From Candidatus Eremiobacteria bacterium (GTDB lineage Bacteria > Vulcanimicrobiota > Vulcanimicrobiia > Vulcanimicrobiales > Vulcanimicrobiaceae), in assembly GCA_963737065.1 (NCBI GenBank), contig CAVTRC010000001.1:1280001-1344000 (forward strand): a stretch of DNA of 64,000 bases, read 5' to 3'. The position numbers and the translations under genes are program-made. Under the pieces are notes generated by a model. The model made no database searches. It was not told the DNA's origin and saw only the letters and a program-made list of their open reading frames with translations. This document shows positions 40,493-49,472 of this stretch, piece by piece. The first letter of the stretch is position 1, and each line of letters begins with the position of its first letter.

Positions 40493-43400
40493 TCACAAAC
40501 CGGCAGCTGCTTTGATCCGTGCGATCGCCGCGTCGGCTTGATTCTCGAGTTGTTTGGCTGCATCTTGTTCTGCAGCGGTCGGTGCCGAATACGAGAGATC
40601 GAGCGAGTTCATCAGCATCGCGAGGTGGTCGCGAAGCTTGGACGGCAACATGATGTCGGCTTCGCTCGATCGATATCGCGGTTCGTACACCGACGTCACC
40701 GCCATTTCAACGGCGGCGCGTTTCGACGCAGCCAACGACGCCATCTTTCTCTGCGCGGCATTGACCGTTGAGTTCAACTCGTCGATCTTATTCGATAGCT
40801 CCATCGCGAGGGATAGCCGCGACGGCAGTTCATCGGCTGCGGGATTGAAGCGCGGGTCCAGTTGAATCTTGAAGGACGCCTTGCTCGCGTTACCGCCGTA
40901 ATTCAACACGACGGTATAGTCGCCGGGAAGCGTCGTTGGCCCGACGAGATCGTCGCGAAAGTCTTCGGTCGGCACAATATGCTGACCAACGATCTCCGCT
41001 GCGGGAGCGTACCGCATATCCCACCCGAACCTGTTCATTCCGGGTTCGACCGCGGTCGATTGTGAGAGGTGATAGTTCGCCACACTAATCGCGTCCATCG
41101 CCGTCAACTCCCAGCCCTCGTAGTGTTTTGCTTTCTTGTTCTTCAAATGCAAGTCGAACGTGCGAATCGTTTTACCGTTTGCATCTTGGAATGAAAGCGT
41201 CACCGGCGTGCGGCCGTTGTAGTTCGCCGGCAAACTGAAGAAGATGGTCGCGCCGTAATCCGGATTGTCTCCCGACGGCCCGAAGCTGCCGCCGCCGTAT
41301 GCGTGCGTGAGCCAGGCGGTTTCCGGCTGGAAGACTTGCGCGGTTGACGCGGACGGTGAGGTTTCCCGTGCAACATCTTCGATTTGCTGTAGATGATCGA
41401 GCGCCCAGAACGAACGGCCGTGCGTTGCAATTGCGACTTCGCCTTCGCGCGCGTTGATTGCAATATCGCGCACTTCGACGGGCGGCAGATTCAACGCGAG
41501 CGACTGCCACGATGCTCCGGCGTTGAGGCTGACATAGACGCGACTGCGCGTACCGGCGAACATGACGCGCGGTTCGCGCGGGTCAATGCGCACCGCATAG
41601 ACCGATTGATCGGAGGGAATGCCGTTCGTCATTTCGGTCCAGTTTGCGCCGCAATCCGTCGTTTTAAAAATGTACGGACGCATATCGTCCCACATATAGC
41701 GTGACGCCGTAACCCACGCGGTGCACTGCTCGGTTTGCGATGGTTCGAAGCTGCTGATCCGGGACCATTGCGAACCAAGTTGCTTCGGCGTTACGTTTTT
41801 CCAACTGCTTCCACCGTTTTGCGTGACGTGTACGAGTCCATCGGCGGAGCCGGCCCAGATAATATCTTTGTTGACCGGCGAAAAACCGAGCGATGCGACG
41901 TCGGGGAACGTCTCCGCACCGGTTTGATCCCAATACACGTTACCGCCGCTCGGGCCTTCGGTCGATTTGTCGTTACGCGTCAAATCGGGGCTGATCACTT
42001 TCCACGTGCGTCCGTAGTCGTCGCTGCGGAACACGACCTGCGCCGCCTCGAAGAGCGTGTGCGGTTCGGCGGGTGAGAACATGACCGGGTGCGTCCACCC
42101 GAAGCGGTACTTCGTTTCCGCCGCGGAGTGACCCGGAAGGTAGATCGCCCACGGCGTGACGTTCTTTTCGTCGCCGGTGGCAGTGTTCAGACGCGCGAGC
42201 ACGCTGTAATACGCGCCGCCGTACGTCACTTTCGGATCGGTTGGATCAACGGCGACGTACGTGCTTTCACCAAGCGCGACGCCGTGCACGACGTTCAATC
42301 CCAACCCCTCGTTCGATGCACTCGGAATTTCGAACGCGCCCGCGTCCTGCATCGCGCCGTACATGTGGTAGGGGAATTGCCCGTCGAGCACGATGTGGTA
42401 AAACTGCGAGAGCGGTTGATTCGTCGTCGTGCTGAATGTCTTTCCACCGTCGACCGAAACGTTTGCTCCACCGTCGTCGCCGATGATGAGCACCTTCGGA
42501 TTGCGGGGATTGACCCAAATGATGTGGTTGTCGCCGAGTCCGGGTCCGAGCGGCTTCCACGTGTGACCGCCGTCGGTAGTTTTAAAGACGCTATCGACGT
42601 TGGGCGCGTAGGCAACCTTCCAATTCGTCGGATCGACGTAGATCGCCATATAGTAGAACGCGCGCTGCCGGAGTTTCCATTCGTCGTTCACGCGCGTCCA
42701 GTTGGCACCGCCGTTATCGGAGCGGAAGACGCCGCCGTCTTTCGCCTGGACGATCGCATACACCACGTTCGAGTTGTTGGGAGCGACGGCAACGCCCATC
42801 TTGCCCAACTCACCCGTAGCGAAGCCCGGATTCGTGGAAATCTTCTTCCACGTTTTGCCCGCGTCCGTCGTCTTGTAGATCGCGCTGCCCGGGCCGCCGC
42901 TGTTCAACGTCCACGGCGTGCGTTGCGCTTGCCACATCGCGGCGTACAAGACGTTCGGATTCTTTGCGTCCATCACGATCGTGTTTGCGCCGGTGCGCTC
43001 GTCGACGAACAGAATCTTCGCCCATGTCTTCCCGCCGTCGGTCGTCTTATATACGCCGCGCTCGGAATTCGGCTCGAAGACGTGACCCATCGACGTCGCA
43101 TACGCCACGTCCGCATTACGCGGATCTATGACGATGGAACTCGTCTGACGCGTGTCGCTCAAACCAGCGTACTTCCACGTGCTTCCGGCGTCGGTCGATT
43201 TGTACACGCCTTCGCCGTTGGCCCAGTCGCCGCGGATGTCGCTTTCGCCCGTGCCGACGTAGATGACCTTAGAATTTGACGGCGCTACCGCAATCGCGCC
43301 GATGCTGTGCGAGAGCGAGCCCATTTTGCCGTCGGTGATGTTATCCCAGGAACTGCCGTAGTTTTCGCTCTTCCAGACGCCGCCTTGAACGCCGCCCATG

Positions 43401-43585
43401 TAGAAGAGATTCGGTTGGTCGGGTACGCCTGCCACCGCCACCACGCGGCCGCCGATGTAGGGACCGACGAGACGCCACTCCATCTTGCTCAGCAGCTTTT
43501 CGGATGCGGAGCTTGACGCGGCGGGAACAGCATTTGGCGCCACGGCAAACGCCGCGGCTAGTAGAGTAGCAACAAAGCGCTTCAT
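40493..43585 (-). CDS. Secreted VPS10/sortilin-like BNR-repeat beta-propeller protein (copy 1)
   Basis: Collinear paralog of 37291-40386 with the same Asp-box repeats. Confidence 0.88.
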   Translation of the reverse strand: MKRFVATLLAAAFAVAPNAVPAASSSASEKLLSKMEWRLVGPYIGGRVVAVAGVPDQPNLFYMGGVQGGVWKSENYGSSWDNITDGKMGSLSHSIGAIAVAPSNSKVIYVGTGESDIRGDWANGEGVYKSTDAGSTWKYAGLSDTRQTSSIVIDPRNADVAYATSMGHVFEPNSERGVYKTTDGGKTWAKILFVDERTGANTIVMDAKNPNVLYAAMWQAQRTPWTLNSGGPGSAIYKTTDAGKTWKKISTNPGFATGELGKMGVAVAPNNSNVVYAIVQAKDGGVFRSDNGGANWTRVNDEWKLRQRAFYYMAIYVDPTNWKVAYAPNVDSVFKTTDGGHTWKPLGPGLGDNHIIWVNPRNPKVLIIGDDGGANVSVDGGKTFSTTTNQPLSQFYHIVLDGQFPYHMYGAMQDAGAFEIPSASNEGLGLNVVHGVALGESTYVAVDPTDPKVTYGGAYYSVLARLNTATGDEKNVTPWAIYLPGHSAAETKYRFGWTHPVMFSPAEPHTLFEAAQVVFRSDDYGRTWKVISPDLTRNDKSTEGPSGGNVYWDQTGAETFPDVASLGFSPVNKDIIWAGSADGLVHVTQNGGSSWKNVTPKQLGSQWSRISSFEPSQTEQCTAWVTASRYMWDDMRPYIFKTTDCGANWTEMTNGIPSDQSVYAVRIDPREPRVMFAGTRSRVYVSLNAGASWQSLALNLPPVEVRDIAINAREGEVAIATHGRSFWALDHLQQIEDVARETSPSASTAQVFQPETAWLTHAYGGGSFGPSGDNPDYGATIFFSLPANYNGRTPVTLSFQDANGKTIRTFDLHLKNKKAKHYEGWELTAMDAISVANYHLSQSTAVEPGMNRFGWDMRYAPAAEIVGQHIVPTEDFRDDLVGPTTLPGDYTVVLNYGGNASKASFKIQLDPRFNPAADELPSRLSLAMELSNKIDELNSTVNAAQRKMASLAASKRAAVEMAVTSVYEPRYRSSEADIMLPSKLRDHLAMLMNSLDLSYSAPTAAEQDAAKQLENQADAAIARIKAAAGL

Positions 43586-43592
43586 CCAGGCG

Positions 43593-44546
43593 CTATACCG
43601 CTGCTTTTTGCCGGTTCCTGTATGTCGCGGTCACCCACGTGGCATAGTTCGCTTCGCGGTTTCGCACCGCGCGTTGATAGCAGTCCGAAAGCTTGCGCGA
43701 GACCGGCCCCATCGCGCCGTCGCCGACGATGCGCTTGTCGACCGAACGGATGTAGCCGATGCCGGCGGCCGTCCCGGTAAAGAACGCCTCGTCCGCAGTA
43801 TACAGTTCACCGCGGTCGATCGAACGCTCGACGATTCGAATGTCGAACTGTTCTTGTGCGATCTGCATGATCGCACGGCGCGTGCATCCTTCGAGCACGT
43901 TCTGCGAAGGGTCGGGCGTGTAGAGCGTCCCGTTCCGGACCAAGAATACATTTTCCGCGGAACCTTCGGAAACATGACCGTCGTGCGAAAGCAGAATCGC
44001 CTCGTCATATCCGTTGCCGATTGCTTCGCTCTTTGCAAGTGCCGAGTTGACGTAGAGCCCGGTGATCTTCGCGCGCGGTGGCGCGGACGCATCGTCCGCG
44101 CGGCGCCACGAGCTCACACAAACATTGAGACCCTTCGACGTATCGAGATAGTTCGTAAATGGAACCGGAATGATCGCGAAATAATCGGGAACGCCGTGCA
44201 GACGCACGCCGATGTCTTCAGCGCACTTGAAAATGCACGGCCGTAAATACATGTCGGTACGGAAATTATTGCGTTGAACGAGGTCGACCGTAATCCGGAT
44301 CAACTCATCGACGCTATACGGCAACGCCATCGTTAAGATCTTCGCCGAGAGTTGCAGCCGCTCGTAATGATCGCGCAAGAGGACGAGATACAGCTCTTGA
44401 TCTTCCGGCTGCCAGTAGCCGCGGATCCCTTCGAAACAGCCGGTGCCGTACTGCAGCCCGTGCGTAAGCAAACCGACTTTCGCATCCTCATACCGGCGAA
44501 AGTCGCCGTTCGCGAAGACGGTGATCGACGAAAGATCCACGTTCAT
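43593..44546 (-). CDS. ilvE: Branched-chain amino acid aminotransferase
   Basis: HGLQYGTGCFEGIR, AKITGLYVNS, EGSAEN, GCTR, FTGTAA. Confidence 0.93.
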   Translation of the reverse strand: MNVDLSSITVFANGDFRRYEDAKVGLLTHGLQYGTGCFEGIRGYWQPEDQELYLVLLRDHYERLQLSAKILTMALPYSVDELIRITVDLVQRNNFRTDMYLRPCIFKCAEDIGVRLHGVPDYFAIIPVPFTNYLDTSKGLNVCVSSWRRADDASAPPRAKITGLYVNSALAKSEAIGNGYDEAILLSHDGHVSEGSAENVFLVRNGTLYTPDPSQNVLEGCTRRAIMQIAQEQFDIRIVERSIDRGELYTADEAFFTGTAAGIGYIRSVDKRIVGDGAMGPVSRKLSDCYQRAVRNREANYATWVTATYRNRQKAAV

Positions 44547-44864
44547 CTCCCTTAATTACTTGCCGCTCTCCAAAACGGCGGAAATCGCTCGAAGGTTGCC
44601 GCTTCGATTTCGGCGCACCTCTAGTGAGACTCCTAACTTCACATGCCGCGCGTCGTCGAGGTTTTCGTAACGTTGCTATGTCGAGCGCGAGTTCGTCGCA
44701 TACCGCAAATGGCCTGACGCGCAACGTTCGCAGAGTGCGTCGCCGTCTGCAGTTGCTTCCCGGCCCAAGCGGTTCGCAAACCGGCATGCTGATCGGGTGG
44801 TTGCGCGCGTGCCGGCATGAATGATCGTGATGCTCGGCGCGCTCGCCGGCTTGGGTCTAGAGAG

Positions 44865-47135
44865 ATGATGCGTCGTTTGCTCGTGCTAACTGCGATTGCC
44901 ACCATCACCCTCGTGCCGGGCGTGATGCACGCGTTCGCGCGTTCAGCGCCAATCGTTACGGCGCTTCTCCCCACCGGCTGGCGTATCTCGGAGCCCACGT
45001 CGCGCGTCGCGACAATCGGAACGATGCCGCAAGGGGTTGCGCTCTCACCGGACGGCACGGAGCTCGCCGTCCTCGAAGCCGGCTTCAATCCGCCTGCGCT
45101 TCGGATTCTGGCCGTGCCGGATCTTCACACGATTCGCGTTATTCCGGTGAAGGATGCGTTCGGCTCGCCGCTTTGGCTCGGTAACCGGACCGTTCTCGCT
45201 CCCGGCGCTTCAATGGACGCCGTTCTTTCTATCGACGTCGCCGCCGGCGCCGTGACGACGCTTCAACACGCCGAAGGCTACGTAAGCGCGATCGCCGTCT
45301 CCGGTACGACGATGGCAAGCACGAGCGACACAGGCAACGAGGTTGACGCATTTCGGTTGGCCGGCGCGAGCAGTACCCCGCTTCGCACGGTGCGCACGGG
45401 TTCGCACCCGGCGGCGGCCGTTATCGCACGCGATGCGGTGTACGTCGCCGACAAGGGCGCTGCAACGGTCACGAAAGCGCAATTGCGGCTGCACGCGACG
45501 ATCGAACCGCCCGTTACGATCGCGGTCGATCTCCATCCGGCGGCGCTTGCGCTTTCGAGCGATCAACGCCGGCTCTACGTCGCATGCGCCGACGACGATA
45601 CGATCGACGTGATCGATACTGCGAGCGACCGCGTCACGCAGCGCATCAACGTAGGGTTAGCGCGCGGATACGGCGCATCGCCGAACGCGCTTGCCCTCGC
45701 GGCGGACGGGACGCTGTACGCATCGCTCGGCGGCGAAAATGCGGTTGCCGAAATCCGGGGCGGAAAAGTGGTCGCGCGCGTCGCCGCCGGCTGGTATCCG
45801 AGCGGTGTCGCGGTCGATGCGAACAACGTCTACGTGATCGACGGAAAGGGCGAGGGTTCGCACGCGAATCCGCAATTCGACCCGACGGCACACCACGGTC
45901 CCGGGTACGTTGCCGCAATTCTCGACGGATCCGTCCGTAAGATGCCGCGCAGCGCCTTCACCGCTCAAAGCACGGCGATCGTTCTCTCGAATATTCCTTC
46001 ACCGCAACCTACGCCGTCGCAAACGTCCGTGCGCGCAGACGGACCGATCAAACACGTCGTGTACGTCATCAAAGAGAATCGCACGTACGATCAAGTGCTC
46101 GGCGATGTTCCGGGCGCGGACGGCGATGCGCAGCTCGCATGGTTCGGCGAGAACGTGACGCCGAATCAACATGCGCTAACGCAGCGGTTCGGCATCTTCG
46201 ACAACACCTACACCGATGCGCAAGTGAGCGCAAACGGGCATAACTGGTCGACGGCCGCGTTTGCAAACGATTATCTCGAACGTTTTTGGCCACCGAGCTA
46301 CGGTGGGCGCCGCGAGCTTTACGACTTTGAAGACGGGGCGGTCGCGAGTACGCCGCATAACGGATACATCTGGGATAATGCAGACAAACATGGCGTTTCA
46401 CTACGCGATTACGGCGAATTCGTATCCTACGCCGTGATCGGCGGCGGCTTCGTGACGACCAGCATGCCGGGACTCACGGGAAAAATCGACGAGCGCTATC
46501 CCGGATTCGATTTGCAAGTGAGCGACGAACGGCGCATCGACGAATGGAAGCGCGAATTCGACGGCTACGTGCAGCGCGGCGATCTTCCGGCGCTCGAGAT
46601 CGTGCGCCTTCCCAACGACCACACGTCGGGAACCAAACCGGGTTCGCTCACGCCGCAGGCGTACGTCGCGCAGAACGATCACGCGTTCGGCCGCCTCGTT
46701 GACATCATTTCCCACTCGAAGTACTGGCCGAGCACGGCAATTTTCGCAATCGAAGACGATGCGCAAAACGGTCCGGATCATGTCGACGATCAGCGCACGA
46801 CGTTCTATCTCGTCTCACCGTATGCGGCGCACGGCGTACATCACGCGCACTATAGCACATCGGCTGTGCTTCGTACGATGGAGCTACTGCTCGGGCTGCC
46901 GCCGATGTCGATGTACGATGCGGTTGCGCCGCCGCTCTACGACGCATTCACGCTTGCGCCGTCGCTCGCTCCGTTCAACGCGATCCGGCCGCGCATCGAC
47001 GTCAACGCCAAGAACGAACGAACGGCGTACGGCGCAGCTGAAAGCGCGCGCATGGATTTCAGCCGCGCCGATAACGTCGACGACGCGCAGCTCAACGATA
47101 TCCTGCGCCACGCTGCGGGTAAGCCATCCCAATGA
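44865..47135 (+). CDS. Secreted YVTN beta-propeller / phosphoesterase (alkaline phosphatase-like) fusion
   Basis: GWYP propeller repeats, IKHVVYVIKENRTYDQVLGD, LPNDHT, EDDAQNGPDHVD. Confidence 0.88.
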   Translation: MMRRLLVLTAIATITLVPGVMHAFARSAPIVTALLPTGWRISEPTSRVATIGTMPQGVALSPDGTELAVLEAGFNPPALRILAVPDLHTIRVIPVKDAFGSPLWLGNRTVLAPGASMDAVLSIDVAAGAVTTLQHAEGYVSAIAVSGTTMASTSDTGNEVDAFRLAGASSTPLRTVRTGSHPAAAVIARDAVYVADKGAATVTKAQLRLHATIEPPVTIAVDLHPAALALSSDQRRLYVACADDDTIDVIDTASDRVTQRINVGLARGYGASPNALALAADGTLYASLGGENAVAEIRGGKVVARVAAGWYPSGVAVDANNVYVIDGKGEGSHANPQFDPTAHHGPGYVAAILDGSVRKMPRSAFTAQSTAIVLSNIPSPQPTPSQTSVRADGPIKHVVYVIKENRTYDQVLGDVPGADGDAQLAWFGENVTPNQHALTQRFGIFDNTYTDAQVSANGHNWSTAAFANDYLERFWPPSYGGRRELYDFEDGAVASTPHNGYIWDNADKHGVSLRDYGEFVSYAVIGGGFVTTSMPGLTGKIDERYPGFDLQVSDERRIDEWKREFDGYVQRGDLPALEIVRLPNDHTSGTKPGSLTPQAYVAQNDHAFGRLVDIISHSKYWPSTAIFAIEDDAQNGPDHVDDQRTTFYLVSPYAAHGVHHAHYSTSAVLRTMELLLGLPPMSMYDAVAPPLYDAFTLAPSLAPFNAIRPRIDVNAKNERTAYGAAESARMDFSRADNVDDAQLNDILRHAAGKPSQ

Positions 47136-47854
47136 CGCCTTGGGTGCTTGCCGGCACGACGTTTTTCGCGTCCGCGGTCGAATTCGTCGAAGCGGCGACG
47201 ATCGTTCTAGCCGTTGCGGTAACGCAAGGCTGGCGCTGCGCAATCGGTGGGACGCTTGCCGCAACCGCCGCGCTGATCGTGCTCGTCGGCGTCGGCACGC
47301 CGCTCCTCATGAACGCCGTGAACCTCCGGCGGCTCGAATTGATCGTCGGACCGTTTTTGATTCTCTTCGGAATCGCGTGGCTGCGGAAATCGGTATGGCG
47401 ATATGCGGGTCGCAAAGCGCTGCACGACGAGGACGCGATTTATCGGCGGCAGGTGGAGCATTTACGTGCTCGCCGCGAGCAGCGGTATGGCTTTGCGGTT
47501 GCATTTCAAGGCGTCTTCGTGGAGGGACTCGAGGTTGCAGTGATCGTCGTGACGTTCGCGGCATCAACGCCGGCGCTCGTCGCCTGGTCGATGGGCGGTG
47601 CGCTCATCGCCCTCGCGTCGGTGGTGATCGCAACGATCGCGCTGCGAACGCCGTTTTCGCGCGTTCCGGAAAACCTGCTCAAGGGCGTCGTGGGCGTCAT
47701 GCTGCTCTCGCTCGGGACGTTTTGGACCGGCGAAGGCGCACATATCGTTTGGCCGCTTGAGGACGCCGCGCTGTTCGCGTTCATCGCCGGGTACGCGCTG
47801 ATCGGTCTTGCGTTGATCGCGGCCCAACGAAAATTGTTTAATGCGCCTAGTTAA
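47132..47854 (+). CDS. COG4280-like membrane protein (FTR1-related ExxE motifs)
   Basis: VEFVEAATIVLAV, WLRKS, VEGLEV, RVPENLLK. Confidence 0.75.
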   Translation: MTPWVLAGTTFFASAVEFVEAATIVLAVAVTQGWRCAIGGTLAATAALIVLVGVGTPLLMNAVNLRRLELIVGPFLILFGIAWLRKSVWRYAGRKALHDEDAIYRRQVEHLRARREQRYGFAVAFQGVFVEGLEVAVIVVTFAASTPALVAWSMGGALIALASVVIATIALRTPFSRVPENLLKGVVGVMLLSLGTFWTGEGAHIVWPLEDAALFAFIAGYALIGLALIAAQRKLFNAPS

Positions 47855-48106
47855 TGAAATATATGACTTCATCACAGGCGGATCGGTGGTGACGCCCATA
47901 GGCGTGGCGTGCGCGATCGCCGCTGCGTTTCTGATGCCCGCATTCCGTGCGGAAATCTTTGTTGCAATCGTCGCGCTGACGTTCGGAGCGTCGACGTTCG
48001 AGAAACCAGACTGATATGCAGAATGCCAAGCACGGGCTATGTTAAGCACTTCAGCACTCAATCAGGCTGCTAGTTCGCACCGGCTGGATCTACGTAAGGA
48101 GAACAC

Positions 48107-49447
48107 ATGAACGCTTCCGCATCCTCAGGAAACCGCTGGGCAATTGCATCAGCCGGCGTCGTCGTGATGCTCTGCTTGGGAACGGTTTATTCGTGGAGTC
48201 TGTTCACGAACTCGTTCGTCGCCGGTTTTAACTGGTCGACGCAAGATGCGACGCTCGCGTTTGAGCTCGCGATCTTTTTCCTTGGAGTTGGAGCAGTTTT
48301 CGGCGGCCGGTGGCAGGACCGCGTCGGTCCTCGAACCGTCACCATTATCGGCGCCGTTTTGTGGGGAATCGGCGTTGCGCTCGCGGGATTCGGTACCGAA
48401 GCGCTCGGCAAATGGTGGCTGTACCTGACATACGGCGTCCTTGGTGGTTTCGGAACGGGAATGGCATACGTCACGCCGGTCGCAATGGTGACGAAGTGGT
48501 TTCCCGACCGTCGCGGCTTCGGCAGCGGAATGGTCGTCATGGGCTTCGGCCTCGGCGCATTCGTCTACAACCAAATTATCACGCGTCTCGACGTCTACAA
48601 AGCCGCAGCAAAGCCGGCGGGCGCGTTCGTCGCCGCGCGCGCGGCAGCGATTAAAGCCGGAACGACGTTCGATCCGTCGCAGTATGCGATGCCGGCCGGA
48701 TCGCTGCACGGGTTGATGATGCTTTTTGCCGTTTCCGGAATCGTGTTCATCATTCTGGGCGGGCTCAGCGCGATCGTGCTGCGCAATCCGCATGACGCCT
48801 ATACCGTCGCCGGAGCAAGCGAAAGCGCAACGGTGGCGAGCGGCGTGCATCACACGCCCGGTAAAGCGATGCGCATGCCGCAGATGTACGGCTTGTGGCT
48901 GCTCCTCTTTCTCAACGTCACGGCCGGAATCTTGATCATTTCGAACGCCGCGCCGATTTACACCGAATTGACGGGCGCGTCGCCGGCGGTTGCCGGACAG
49001 GTGTATGGGGTGCTTGCGATCTTCAACGGTCTCGGCCGTTTCTTCTGGGGCTGGGTCTCGGATCGTCTGGGACGCGCTTTGACGTATACCGTCATGTACT
49101 TGATCCAGGCGGTGATTTTCTTCTTGATGGCGCACACCGGCGGATTCGTTGCCGTCGGCATCTACTTCGCGATCGTTCTGCTCTGCTACGGCGGCGGCTT
49201 CGGCGTCATGCCGTCGTTCAACGCCGACTTCTTCGGCACGCGCTACATGGGGCAGAATTACGGCATCATTCTGACGGCGTGGGGCGTCGCCGGAATCGTA
49301 GGGCCGTTCATCGCGGCGAAGTTCAAAGATGTAACGGGATCGTATTCGGGAGCGCTTATCCCCGTCGCGATCATGCTATTGATTGCTGCAATCATCCCGT
49401 TCTTCGTCAAGAAGCCGACGGAAGAACCACAACGCGCCACGGCGTAG
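48107..49447 (+). CDS. MFS transporter, oxalate/formate antiporter (OFA) family
   Basis: GTVYSWS, KWFPDRRG, NGLGRFFWGWVSDRLGR, CYGGGF, NYG. Confidence 0.88.
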   Translation: MNASASSGNRWAIASAGVVVMLCLGTVYSWSLFTNSFVAGFNWSTQDATLAFELAIFFLGVGAVFGGRWQDRVGPRTVTIIGAVLWGIGVALAGFGTEALGKWWLYLTYGVLGGFGTGMAYVTPVAMVTKWFPDRRGFGSGMVVMGFGLGAFVYNQIITRLDVYKAAAKPAGAFVAARAAAIKAGTTFDPSQYAMPAGSLHGLMMLFAVSGIVFIILGGLSAIVLRNPHDAYTVAGASESATVASGVHHTPGKAMRMPQMYGLWLLLFLNVTAGILIISNAAPIYTELTGASPAVAGQVYGVLAIFNGLGRFFWGWVSDRLGRALTYTVMYLIQAVIFFLMAHTGGFVAVGIYFAIVLLCYGGGFGVMPSFNADFFGTRYMGQNYGIILTAWGVAGIVGPFIAAKFKDVTGSYSGALIPVAIMLLIAAIIPFFVKKPTEEPQRATA

Positions 49448-49472
49448 TCTTTCTTACAACGCGAGGTCTAGA

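Noticed and set aside
44547..44705. Possible attenuator or riboswitch upstream of ilvE (20-aa Thr-rich ORF MRRTRARHSNVTKTSTTRGM, a hairpin, an AGAGGTGC motif)
   Set aside because: No run of Ile/Leu/Val codons, no U-tract terminator, no T-box consensus, and too short for a lysine riboswitch.
47847..48029. 60-aa Cys/His-containing minus-strand ORF
   Set aside because: TTG start, no RBS and no family resemblance; cannot be distinguished from chance.
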